Origin: Microthyrium microscopicum
Taxonomy: Eukaryota
Direction of reading: 5' to 3'
Assembly: GCA_010405405.1 (NCBI GenBank)
Contig: MU004231.1
Location: forward strand, 1,228,153 to 1,292,152
Length of the DNA: 64,000 nt
Shown here piece by piece: positions 25,915 through 37,900 of the stretch. Below the pieces are notes generated by a model. The model searched no databases. It saw nothing but the letters and a program-made list of their open reading frames with translations, and was not told the origin of the DNA. Both the position numbers and the translations under genes were made by a program. Each line of letters starts with the position of its first letter. Positions within the stretch are counted from its first letter, which is position 1.

Positions 25915-27640
25915 ATGGACGGTTACGATAGTATTGCGCTGCATCCCTACTCGATGCCAGGACCGGTAGCCCCTCCTCCATCAGATATGCTCGCAATGTC
26001 AAATATGCCAACCGGAGCCATGCTACCATACGACACTCTGGATCAGCACTCCAATTACGACGTAGAAACCTATGCTGGGTAAGCTACTGCACAGGGCATT
26101 ATCTTCCGAAACGAAACAGTTATTAACATCGAGTAGGAGCGAAGACGCAAGCCAGTACGGTGCACCCCTCGGTCTCCAACCACCAACATCCGCCGGTCTA
26201 AAGCGCTATTCCGGAGGCTACGATGATGCTTTCTCGGACGTCCTCAGTACCTTTGATCCAACTATGCAGGGCGAGCCAAGCCAACTCGAGAGCTCCTCAA
26301 TCGACCGAGATCATAAACTCCTCTCCTTCTCCACTCCTTCCCTATCGCATCCTATTCTAGATTACACTTTCCGCCCCACATCAATATCACTCTCCGCGCA
26401 GTTACATGGAATGTTCTTCCTCGCCGAATCCGCATTTCCGAACCCATCCGAATCGGCCACGCAGACTGAGCTCACCTGCTACAGGCGCAACCTGTTCCAA
26501 GTTACTGGAAGTTTGGCAATACCAAGAGCAATGCGCTACGTGATGAATGATCAAGGAGAGCAAATTCCCATTGTCTCGCAGGAGCTCACAATATCTGCAA
26601 CGGAAACTGTTGAGGGGCATGCCGTCAAGATAATTTGTGTGCCTTGGAAAACCCCAGCAACGAGCGTCCCATCATCAGAGGACAAGACTGAAAAGGAACC
26701 TATGTCAATGCCAATAGATCTTTCCGCTGGACAAGAAGTCGACCCCGATTATGCAACTATCCCAATAGCCTGGAAACGTCTGCAATTTCGGATAGCTACC
26801 GCAAACAATGGGAGGAGAAAAGAACTACAGCAGCATTTTGTAGTTCGGCTAAAAGTCATGGCTACCTTGGCCAATGGTAACTGTGTAAATATATGCGAGA
26901 TTCGCTCTGGAGCCATCATTGTGCGAGGGCGGAGTCCCCGGAATTTCCAATCAAGAAAAGATATGCCCATCAGTGGAAGCGGCTCATTTGGACGCAGGCG
27001 AGAGCAAGTAAATCGAACCTCTACAGGCGATTCAAATGTTCCTCAGCCCAAGACAGAGCGTGCTACGCCAAACAACCTCGAAATTCCTCAGATGCCATTT
27101 ACATTTGAATCAGGTCTTTCGCCCGACTTGGTATTTGACTGGAAGATGCCTATGAACACAACCGGCGCAATGACTGCATTACCGTCTGCATTCGCTGTAC
27201 AAAATACTGGAGCGGCACCATACGCACAATCAACTCCTGATCTCAAGCATACACCACATACACCACGCGTACCAGCGCGACAGCCAATCAATCTCTCCCT
27301 GGTCGAGGATGACTCCCGTGCCGGCACTACGACTTTTATCACAACCTCTCAGCCTCACCGAATGACAAACTCTGCATCGCCTGTTGCAAATCCTGCCAAA
27401 CGGGCCCGAATTCATCGTTCGCAACCACGAACACCATCATTCTCATTAGGCCCTCTTACTACTAGTGATGAGTCTGCGGATACTCTTTACGAGTACTTCC
27501 CGCTTGGTCTTGATGACTGGATGCCTCCCGTTGATGCTGTCTACAGACCCCACGTAGTACATCACACTAATCTGCCCGCGGATCCGAAGGCCATCAAGAA
27601 CAAAAGCAAGCGCTATTTTTCCGAGGTTCATTCCGTTTGA
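25915..27640 (+). CDS. RON1: Ndt80/PhoG-like transcription factor, RON1-type regulator of GlcNAc catabolism; intron 26079-26136
   Basis: Ndt80 domain motifs SAQLHGMFFLAE, LTCYRRNLFQVTG, WKRLQFRIATANNGRRKELQQHF, IVRGRSPRNF; C-terminal LYEYFPLGLDDWMPPVDAVYRPHVVHH; located in the GlcNAc cluster. Confidence 0.88.
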
Positions 27641-29079
27641 TGGCTGGGCAAAACCGCTTGGTTGATTCAGCAGTCTACCAGGTGTGGGCGGACCGACTAG
27701 CCTCGTAAGGCTTAGCAGTTGAATATTGCAGCAACAGGATTCGCGCAATTATCAAGATCCGGACCTGACCGACCCCATGAAACGGATGCCTACGACCTCT
27801 GGTCTGGAGGGTCCCAGCAAGCTTCGTGTCCACTGAGCAGTCTCTCCGAGGTATTCGGGATGACTGCGATCGGATCCGCACGCATCACCAGGGGATGAAT
27901 AGTCGCACACCTCCCTGCTCCTTCCTAAAACGGAAGCGCATCAAAAAATCTAGACTTTGCCCTCGAGGAACCCGATTTGGATGAGGCAGCTTGGTGCTTA
28001 TGCTTGGTGTACGTCTGATTATGACGACGGTTGAGTACAACGACCATGCTCAACAACTCACGATACTCTGCAATTCATTATCATACGCCCCCACGATGCC
28101 TCGCTGGCGTCGACGAAGCTATTTTAGCTTGTCTATTTTCATTTGCATACCATGGCGTTTCTGGGGTTACCCGCATCTACGAATTGGATCCGGAATCCAT
28201 CGATACCAAGGGTTATTCTTGAGCCATCAAACTTTTTTGCAGCGACACGGCATGGGATTTTGGTCAAGCCTGCTTAGGCTCCTGGTCAGAAAGCTTTACA
28301 CGCCACGTTTTTATGACCTCTATATCTGTTTCCGCTTGTTAATTCTGAACTACTCGTTCTATTCCCCCAAACTTTCCCAGAGATTTGATAGTAGTAGCTT
28401 ACTTCCCGATATGATTAAGGGAAGCTGTAATGATAATCGAACGCATTGAATAGCAGCTGATGTCTTTGTACATGAATTACCACAAAAACTCTCTCCACAT
28501 TCTTGCTATGGTTCTTACTGGGTGTATCCTTGGTGCTTTTAATCTATTCTGCGCTTACCTTGTGTCGTACCCCTGATTAGTCTGACCTCCCAAGACGCAT
28601 GTTCCTGACCAGTGTGGAGGATCTGATGGCGTTGTGAATCCTGCTGTATGTGCTTACACTTGGCCTAAGCCAGCGCTGACTATCTTCAGCCTCGTCTGGA
28701 CTAGGTATTACCTGCGACTCTGCAGTGTGATGGTGTTGAAGTGGCTAGGTATGCTCACTATCATTGAGATCACTACCAACAATCCAGTAGACGACGTTTC
28801 CGCCCTGAGTCCAGGAACGCAGGATTCAAAAACTCGTCACTGGGCAATCCTTTGAAACATCGGTGACAGCCGCAACGAGCAGTAATTCAGCTCTATTTTT
28901 GGCTATATCTCAAAAAAATGCATCTGGAGTATCGTTCGTCAAATCATATCTAATGCCAAAATGCGGAAATCCACCATTCCCTTCCAGTTTCTTTGCCAGA
29001 CAATGACAAAGCCCTTCCTTATCATAGCACACACACACACGCCATAAAAAATGTTGAAAAACACCAAGTCTGAAGAAAC

Positions 29080-30839
29080 TCATCCTTCTATTCCCTCTAA
29101 ACATCCCACCGCCACTGCGGCACCATATATCGCACTCTCGACTGCAATCTCCAGCTCCACCGTCTGCGAGCCATGCATCAACGCGTCCAGCGTCCTTTGT
29201 GTCCGCGCGCGAAAGTCGGGATAGCGCTCGATTACGCTGCCGTTGCAGCCGATTGCCACTCTCTCTTTCACATCTGCATCCTTTGCTGGCACTTTGTCCT
29301 CTGAGCTGTTGCGGAGCTGGCACATGGCATGGATGCCTGCCGCTAGTAGACTTGCTGCTCGTCGCGTGATAAGCTGGACTACTCGCTGTACCAATTGCCT
29401 CTCTTCCGATGTCATTATACACGGGAAGGCGTCTGATAGCGCAGTGCTGTCCGCATCAACGTCAATGGCTGCGAGCACACCTGCGTCCAGCACATATGCC
29501 TCCTCCAGTCCTCTTGGTACATCCCCACCGAAAAGCCCCGCCTCTTTCACGGCGTCTAGCAGTACGAGGCGTACCAATTCGCCGATATACCGTCCACTGA
29601 TCCTATATTCAAAGGGCTGAAAATCAGGCATCGGATGTGCGACGTTCAGCGCTGCGTCCCAGCGCGTAGCTGGCAACAGGTCATTGCCAAACATGCTAAA
29701 CTCGCTATTCACAAGCACATGTTTCGCCTGCTGCATCCAGACAGCCGGTCGAGAAGCGAATTTGGACGGTGAGAGCGCTGAGACGGGTAAGATGATGGAC
29801 ATGTTTGTGCCAGTGCCGAGAATGAGGCCGAAGCGAGTGGTGGGATTTGTGTAAGCGCAGGACAGGAGGGTAGCGGAACCGTCGTTTATTATTGCGTCCA
29901 TTCGGACTGGTAGAGACTGAAAGCAATTGTCAATAAATCGTTGGAAAGGGTAATGGAGATGGGGTGGAAAGAGGGAGTGTTTACTTTTCGTGAGCAGGCG
30001 CGCATTATTAGTTCGGTGAGATCTGTGCCTGCGACGCCGTGGGTGGCGCTGAAGCCTTTGCCCATTGCTAGTAGGCGGCCTGTTCGTATTGATGTTTCTC
30101 TGGAGGGGACGTTAGAGACGGGTTTATCGAAGATTTCGTTTGTTGGAACATACTCTAGGGGAAAGGACCATGCTACTCCCATGGCATATATTCCGTCTCC
30201 ATGCGCTTCCCGCACCTCTGGCTGATTGACGACCGTCTCTATTCCTTCAGCCATCCAGTCGAAAAAGTCATGTCCTTTGAGTGCTCGTACGCGAGAGTCG
30301 ATTTTGAATGTAGTCATCTTGACTATGCGCATTTTGCTACCCTCTTCCGCCATAGAGCTGCCGCTCAAGTTGACGAGAGCAACACGAAAGTTTGTGCCTC
30401 CTACATCTAGCGCCAGGTAACTCCCAGATTCCATGCCTGTGGGTAATGTGTGATTGTACGAGGGAAGCATGCACATATTGCTCGAGGCTAACTTTTCCCG
30501 AAATTGCGCTTGTAGACCCTCCGATAGTTCTAATAATTGCTTTGTTTCCAGCTGTGACTCGAATGCCTCGGTGACATTTTGTAAGAACGATTGTAGGCCT
30601 GTTTTCGTGGATATGCCATTTTCCAGTTTGTCTTCTGTAGAATATCGAGGGGATGACGTTTGACTTGAATCTAGTGTGGATATGTGTTTCGACTTGGGCG
30701 AGCTAAAGGGCGACATGGCGATGAGAGATTGGTGGAAGCGGCGGAGGAGTGCGGGGAGCATGTCTTTGCATTTGGTGCAAGTCGTAGAGAGTGAGTTTAT
30801 GATGGACAGAATGTGGTCCCAGATATGCAGCATTGGCAT
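29080..30839 (-). CDS. hxk3: Hexokinase-family GlcNAc kinase (Hxk3/Nag5-type); introns 30100-30153 and 29917-29984; start codon uncertain (30839, 30761 or 30716)
   Basis: MLPSYNH, LALDVGGTNFRV, MGVAWSFP, LAMGKGF, IINDGSATL, GLILGTGTN, NSEFSMFG, FQPFEYRISGRYIGE, NGSVIERYP. GlcNAc specificity is inferred from cluster context. Confidence 0.85.
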
Positions 30840-32988
30840 TGGGAAATGTGATGTACCGAGTAGGGCGTTGCGAGCGGATAGTGTGTGTATGACTGGGAGG
30901 TTCAATGGTGGTATAATTCGACGTCCTTGGGTCTTGGTTCTTTAACACCGTAAAATTGGATTCGTGATCAACGGGATGTTACCGGGACCAGTGAGCAAAG
31001 GAGTCTAGAAGTTTCAAGGGTTTGGTGGTGGGACAGTTGGAGGGTGTTGGCAGTACGAGTGCTATGGGAATGTAGGCCGAATTTTGAGGGCGTGAACGAT
31101 TATGTAGTATGAGACTATGAGTGTAGCGGACAGCGGTTTGGGCAGAGAGAACAATGCCTGAGGCACATCAGCAGAAGAAGAGATACATGTAGTAGGCGAA
31201 TTAGGGAGATGATCAGCCTGGGCATACATTCGAGAAGCAAAGACTGAAAAGTGCAACCTGCTAGAGGCACAGAATCAACACCAGGAACGGTACCTTACCG
31301 CGTAAGGTGGTAGTTGCAGCGGGCAGTAGTGGGTAAGAGAAGGGAATCGGCCAGAACCAAGGACAGACCGACCAGAGCAATGAAGCATGGCAGCGACTCG
31401 CGAAACTGGGTGAACTCTAGAGTGTCATGGTTCCAGCGAGTAGTGCATATTACATTGTTGGTCAAAGCCCAATGAGGCTCTTGAATGGGTGGTGGAGGGT
31501 TGTTTACGAATAAAGGCAGCTTGTTGCTGGACCATGTAACCAGCACCAGGTATTGAAGATGAGAGATCAAGAGTTGCCTGGACTAGAGTAGAGTAGGTAG
31601 TAGAGTGGTCACTTTGTCAGACCCACAGTCCACTGCGAGATCGCCCTATTATTATTATTCAAAGCTTTATACACGGGGGGCTACCATGACATCTTGCGAT
31701 ATATTATCCAATAAACGCACCCGAAGTGGCTCAAGTTATGCTTGGCTTGACCCCAGAGCCCCTGAATAAGAGAGCTGCTGGGCCCCATTACATCTCCAAA
31801 GTCCTGTCTGCCCCATAATTCCTCCTACACTCCACACTCCTACAAACAAAGCCAATCCTACACATCCTATTAAACCCTGAAAAGTAAGATAGCATACTGT
31901 ATCTAAGACTCAAGCTTATCCCAGCCCATTGAGGCCATCCAGGTCCATCACAGCCATCTTCCCCAATCGTCATAGCCGCCACAATCCCCAACATCTACAA
32001 CCTCAGTTTGGAAACTCTATAACCTTTCCCAGCTCATCTTGACTATCAAAGTTCTAGCCTTGAATTCCTCACCTTTCTCTAATCAACTTGCTGTCGCCTC
32101 CAATCTCATTGCCAATCCATCAATATCCCACCCTAGAAACACAACGCTGACTGGCCTTGCCGTGTCTTGCTTAGCTTGGGGTTGCAATCCAACGTTGCAC
32201 GTCACTTAATATCTACGATAGTACCGAATAGACTCGTGTGGCGATCACTTATCCCCCCCACTACTACACGCTGAGTCTACAAGGTAAGCCAAACGCTTAG
32301 TGAGCGGGATGGCCCGTCCAAGGCTTTGACAAGACAAGCTCTAAAACATTCGCGTGATAGCTAAGCTCGTTATGCCCGAAATGTGTATCTAAAGTCTACG
32401 TTGGTGTGCATAGCTTTCGAAATAAGATTAAACATCACATTTGCACTACCTCAGAGTGCTACCTGGAACGGACTCGTGGTGTCGTGTGTACTCGTATGCT
32501 TCTGCTTTCTCGGTGTTGTTGTCGTTGCAAGGTGAACCAGCAGGGTGGTATTCGAGCTGCGCCGTATTTCACTCCGAGATTGCATGTTACTGTACCACGT
32601 CGTTGGTAAGAAGTAGCTATGATGAAGCGGGGAAAGGGAGCTTCTTCGGAAAAAGCAAGTTTGAAACAATATCACTGCCGTGGAATGCGGATGTGCTCGC
32701 CAGCTTTCAGGTGCTGAGATGATGGCATCAATTACAGATCAGATTGGCATATCAACCGTCAGGCAAAATGACTGGCGCCACTTCCATCTACTGCGCTGTA
32801 ATTCACACTGTAATCGAATGTGATGGCAGCCAGCGGAGTGAAAGTAATCGCCCTTCATTTCGTCCAGCCCATTTTGGCCTACAAGGAGAAGAATTTAGGA
32901 ATATTACTGGTCACAAGACCTATCATTAACGTCGCAACTGCTAAAAACTAGGAAATGCGTCCCACTATTAACATCAATTTTAAACCCC

Positions 32989-34945
32989 TTATGCTTTCTC
33001 CGTGGTGGTGGCATCCTCCAACGTCGCGCCCTTTGAAACTGTAGGCGCATGGGCTATATGAGTAGGGGCAACATCCGCAACCGTCTCATCCGAAAATTGT
33101 AAATCATCCGTCAATGGCACGGAGTCCTTGATTTTGAACCAGATCAATGGGAGGGCGAGCACTAATCCACCAGCTAGGAGACCCCAACATGTACCGAGGA
33201 AGCTCATGAATGAGATTGCGTAGATGCCGTCTAGAGAGAATGAAATTGCAGAACCTGAGACGGGTTAGTAAATGCCATATTGTCACACCGGCGAGCTCCA
33301 TGTGCTACGTTATCTATCGAGTGATTTAATTCCCATTGCATTCGATGAGCGGTCAAACGATTGCCGCCATCCTTGGGAAATAGAGCATTCGATAATAAAC
33401 GCAGCATATGGGAGCCATCGAGGCTAATGGGAGTATGCCAGTTGATAAGAGTCTTACCTGCTGATTGCATTCCCTTGTAAAAACCTGCAAAATTGGCCAG
33501 TTTTCGTCCATTGTTTGACAATGAGCCCATATACCAATACACGCAAGTCTGGAAAGCTGCATCGTAAAATCCATAAAACATGTAGAGGAACATGGGTCCA
33601 ACATAGCCACTGTCAGACCAATCGGTGAAGGCATAGGTCTTGGAGCTGGTCTCTGCGCGCGTGTATGTGCGCTGATACGCATATCCACCACCCCATATTG
33701 CAAAAGTGAGAACCATAAGGACTATCCAGGCAACGCGGGCGCGTACTGAACGACGCACTCCTGGAATTTATTAGTATAAAGTCACGTTCAAGCCTTGTGA
33801 ACGCGGTTTGATGTCTTCCAATGGGACCAAAATTATGAAACAGGTCATGGATGCCATCGCATTCGATGTCACCCATAGCACTCGATCCGGAACGCATCGT
33901 ATGGTAGCCATCGAGTGCGATGGGAGCCATCAAGTTTTTGGAGGAATGCGCAGAGGCTATGAAATGGGTCTAACAGGGGATTCTTACCTTGGTAATCCAA
34001 CGCGAATCCAAAAATATAGGCTCCAACTATTTGCATCATCCAGTATAAGACGTTATTGAGTGCCTTGGTGCGCGTCGTGAACTTGGCACCATTGAAACCA
34101 TTGAATTGATATGTGTAAAAGAAGTTGGAGGCGAAGAACATGGGGAACATAAATAGAATGTATGGATCGGTGCGGAATGTTTGGAAAAGTCCAGTGATTT
34201 CCGTCTTCCAGGTGGGATTCTTCATAAGAATAACTCTGCTCCCATCGCTTCGGATAACGCTATGAGCATCCACAAGAAGCCAAGCCATGGCAGCTCCGAT
34301 GAGAGTCAAAATGAGGAATCCGATATATGTTCCATCGCTGACAGTTGAATTTGTCCTGACATGGATATTTTGGCCTAGAGGAATCAAAGCGCCAATGACT
34401 GCTCCGAGATTGAAGACCATCCAAAAGAAACTGATGTATCGACCCTTTGATTTCTCCGGAGGATAACTCATCATAATTGCGCCTTGTGCGGTCCAAAGTA
34501 GACCAGCGCAAAGACCCAAGAAAAATCCAGCAAAGATTGTAAAGCCCTTGTTCGCATTGTGAGAATAACTGAGGAAACTGGCGACGTATATAGAGTATCC
34601 GAGACCACCGAATGAGAGCGCAAACTTGACTCCGAGTACGTTGGCGATACTTCCGGCAAAGAAACCGACGACCGCAAAGGTAGAGTAGAGAGCAACATTG
34701 GCATCATCAGCTGCGGTCTTGTCGACTTGTCCACCGCCTCCTATGCCGCCCAAAGCATTGAACATGCCTGGGCACATGAAGCAGACTAAAGAGACAATGA
34801 CCAGCTGGATTTGCGGAGAAGCATAATGTGGGATCGTAAAGGGTCCAATGCGCCTGACGCGGTATTTCCAGCCCGTGGGCCAGTCAGCGGGAGCTTCGTT
34901 CGTAGATGATGGGCCTGATACGGCCTTCTCTGGCATTTCGGCCAT
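32989..34945 (-). CDS. NGT1: UNC-93-like MFS transporter, probable GlcNAc transporter; introns 33761-33987 and 33255-33457
   Basis: PGMFNALGGIGGGG, ANVALYSTFA, WTAQGAIMMSYP, FWMVFNLG, MFPMFFASNFFYTYQFN, GPMFLYMFYG, FYKGMQSAG motifs of the Ngt1/UNC-93 family; adjacent to the GlcNAc kinase. Orthology versus paralogy is not tested. Confidence 0.8.
33255..33457 (-). repeat. Long (203 nt) intron with inverted-repeat motifs, homologous to the neighbouring intron
   Basis: 33385-33433 aligns without gaps to 33878-33926 at 37/49 positions; CCCATTGCATTCGATG at 33332-33347. Confidence 0.75.
33761..33987 (-). repeat. Long (227 nt) intron with 19-nt-period direct and inverted repeats
   Basis: ccatcgcattcgatg (33854), cccatagcactcgat (33872), inverted catcgagtgcgatggg (33909), partial catcaagt (33928). 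Confidence 0.8.
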
Positions 34946-37900
34946 GGTGCTGTCGAGGGGAGCGGGTGGGAGAAGGGTATAGACTGGCGACGCGATGAGG
35001 ACTCGAGCTAGATGACGGAGCACTTGCAATCAATAAGATAGGAGGAATTGACCAAGTGCTTGAGGAGATGCCAGACAGGGATGCAAGTGATAGTAATCAA
35101 TGAAGTAAGGGATGAGGCGAATGAGAAGGGTAATAATTTAGATTAGGCCTGGAAGAGCTGATTTGGGGTCACACAACTTGGCGCCAGCAGTTCACGATGA
35201 TGGACACAGAACATTGAAGGCGGGCAACCGGGTAAATAAAGAAAATGAGAGGAGGCTTACTCTGTGACAAGCCGCGAAGGCGCAAGCACAAGTGTACGGA
35301 GTACTACTCCCTAGATTCCTGAACAGACTGGAGTAGGAGGAGGTAGGTGTAACATTGATGCAGAAGGACGAGTGGGGCACGCGATATCCTTGCTGTTGGC
35401 TGATGTACGGTATGGCTCTCTTGCATCCTACTCTAGTCTAGTCTCTACCGAACCCTTTTTCTCCAGTTCTGACTTCCCTCTCTTCTCCAAAAGACCTCTG
35501 TTACTCCACCACTCGGTACTGGTACCAGTTGGCCAGTCCGTCGAACCACCAGCGGACAGTGGAGGCCTCACAGCTCCTGCCTTTACCCTTACAGGAAATC
35601 GGGGTGCCGATCTCTCCTCTACCTTATCGCTGTCGCATCCAATTGTATTGCGCATATGAAATGCAACCCTGGATTTCGGGGGACCATTTTGGATTACTCT
35701 GGAGGGACTTTATTTTTGGACCGTATACATACATTGGAAGGTTGATGCTGATAGCTAGATTACTAACCCATGGTCCTTAGCACTACACGGACCTAATGGC
35801 GCGGACTACATCTAAAGGCACGAAAACAGGCAAGATCTTAACTTACTTCAATTATTAAGACATACGTTATATAGCTAAATTAAGTACGTCTTCTATATCT
35901 AATTTATATCCTCTTATCTTCTAAATTCTACGACGTATATTTAAATATATAGTAAAAATGCTAGCTTATTTAGAGGTTTATATATAAATAAATTAGGGGC
36001 TAAACTATAGACCTCCTAAACCTTATGTAATTAAGTAATATAATTAGATAATAAATAATAAGCTTTAATAATAAATAAGTAATCTAAAAGACAATAAATT
36101 AATATAGAATAAATATTAGTTATAGACTAATAGAAAGTAAATCTAAATAATTTAGTATGCTTATAGTAGCTAATATAAAATAATAAATAGCTATAAGTAT
36201 TATTAAACTATTAGGCATACTTAAAGTATTAAATTTAAATTAATAGATAGTAATTATCTATAAAGAATATAGTGACTATTAAAATATAATAAGAAAGTAA
36301 AAAGTAACTAAGTTAACTAGATATTAGCATCTCTATTACTATTAGTTTAACTATATATTTTTAAAATAGTTCTTACTATATAAAATAATAGTTTCTATAT
36401 ACTATAAAGATATATAGCTATATACTAGTTATTTATAGTAAGTAGTATAATTTTTAATATTATAGTTAACTTTCTAGCTAGAACAAAGTTATTATTAAAC
36501 TTATAAATAATACTATAATTAGATTACTAGTAAGTAAGATTTTTAAATTTATATAAGTTTAACTACTAAGCTATTATTTTATAATTTAGGCCTACTATTA
36601 TAATTTCCTTATTAGGAATATCTTATAAATAAGACTTCTTTAGGTTAGATTATTTACTAGCCTATACTTCTACTCTATAACTACTAAACTAAGATTAGGG
36701 AGCCTTAAGAACTTCTTCTTCTCTTAATCTTTATTACCTCTATCTATTATACTTTTATACGTATTACTCTACGCTTATTAATTTAATTTAATACTATACT
36801 ACTTTATCTTTTAAAGTTAGCCCTAAGAAACTTCTTACTTCTTATTATTATTATAGCTAGCTTATTATTCTAAGTAGTATAGAAATAAATAAAGAGAAAG
36901 AGTTATTTAGCCTAAATTAAAGTTATTAACTATAGTTTAAGAACTATTAATAAGATTTATTACCTCTCTAACCTAGTACTCTTATTTAAGAGAGAGTATT
37001 ATTAGCTCTATTAGACGTTAATCTCTTAGTAACTACGTCTAGAAGGCTTTTATAAATTCTATTATTATTACTAATAGAAATCTAAGGCCCTTATATATCT
37101 ATTTTATTAGATATATTTAAGTTTCTATTTTTTAGTATTATAGTAATTAAGGCTACTTACCTTCTTAGAACTTTTTATAAATAATACTAATAGTATACTT
37201 TATACTACCCTAAGTAGAATTTTAGCTTACTAGTTAAAGTTAAAGTACTAGCGTCTTTTAAAAGATCTTCTTTAGTTTCTTTTTCTAAGAAGAGGAAATA
37301 ATTACTTATATTATCTATTTTAGATAGTAAATTTAATAAACGATTCTTTATTACTTTTTCTATTATAAGAGATTAAGATAGTACCTATATTATAAGCTAG
37401 TATAGTAATCTAGATTCTTTAATCTATTTATTTACTAAATCTACCCTAATTAATAAATTTAATAGCTTCTATAACTAAAATATTTAGGCTTATGCTAGTA
37501 GTTATTATTAATTAGCTAAAATCTTACTTTATAGTAATAGTTTTAATTAAAGTTCTAATAAAGAGATTAAAGACTTAGAAGATAAAGTTACTAAAGGCCT
37601 TATAGTTACTAATCTTACCTTATCTATTTAGGAATAGAACTAAGTATATAATATTACTTAAGGCTATATATATAATAACTTTATATAAATCTTAACTATT
37701 AAGATAGATAGATAAAATTAAACGCTAATCTTTAATACTTTAAAGAAGGCTAAGACTATAGTTAAAGAAGCTATACCTATTAATAATTATATTAATAAGT
37801 TTTATAATCTCTCTTATATTATTAAGAAGTTATATAATTAAAATATTTATTCTAATATAGTTTATAATTATAAGAAAATAACTATAGTTAATTATTACTC

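Noticed and set aside
33854..33935. CRISPR-like repeat array
   Set aside because: Eukaryotic intron; units are partly inverted, there are no unique spacers and no cas genes.
33761..33987. TPP riboswitch in the transporter intron
   Set aside because: Apart from an AACTTGAT 8-mer, the CTGAGA and ATAAT..GCG aptamer elements are not arranged as required.
17348..35800. Ndt80 MSE sites (CRCAAAW) in cluster promoters
   Set aside because: Only isolated matches (e.g. ~22279, ~24810), none clustered upstream of dac1, ngs1, the kinase or the transporter.
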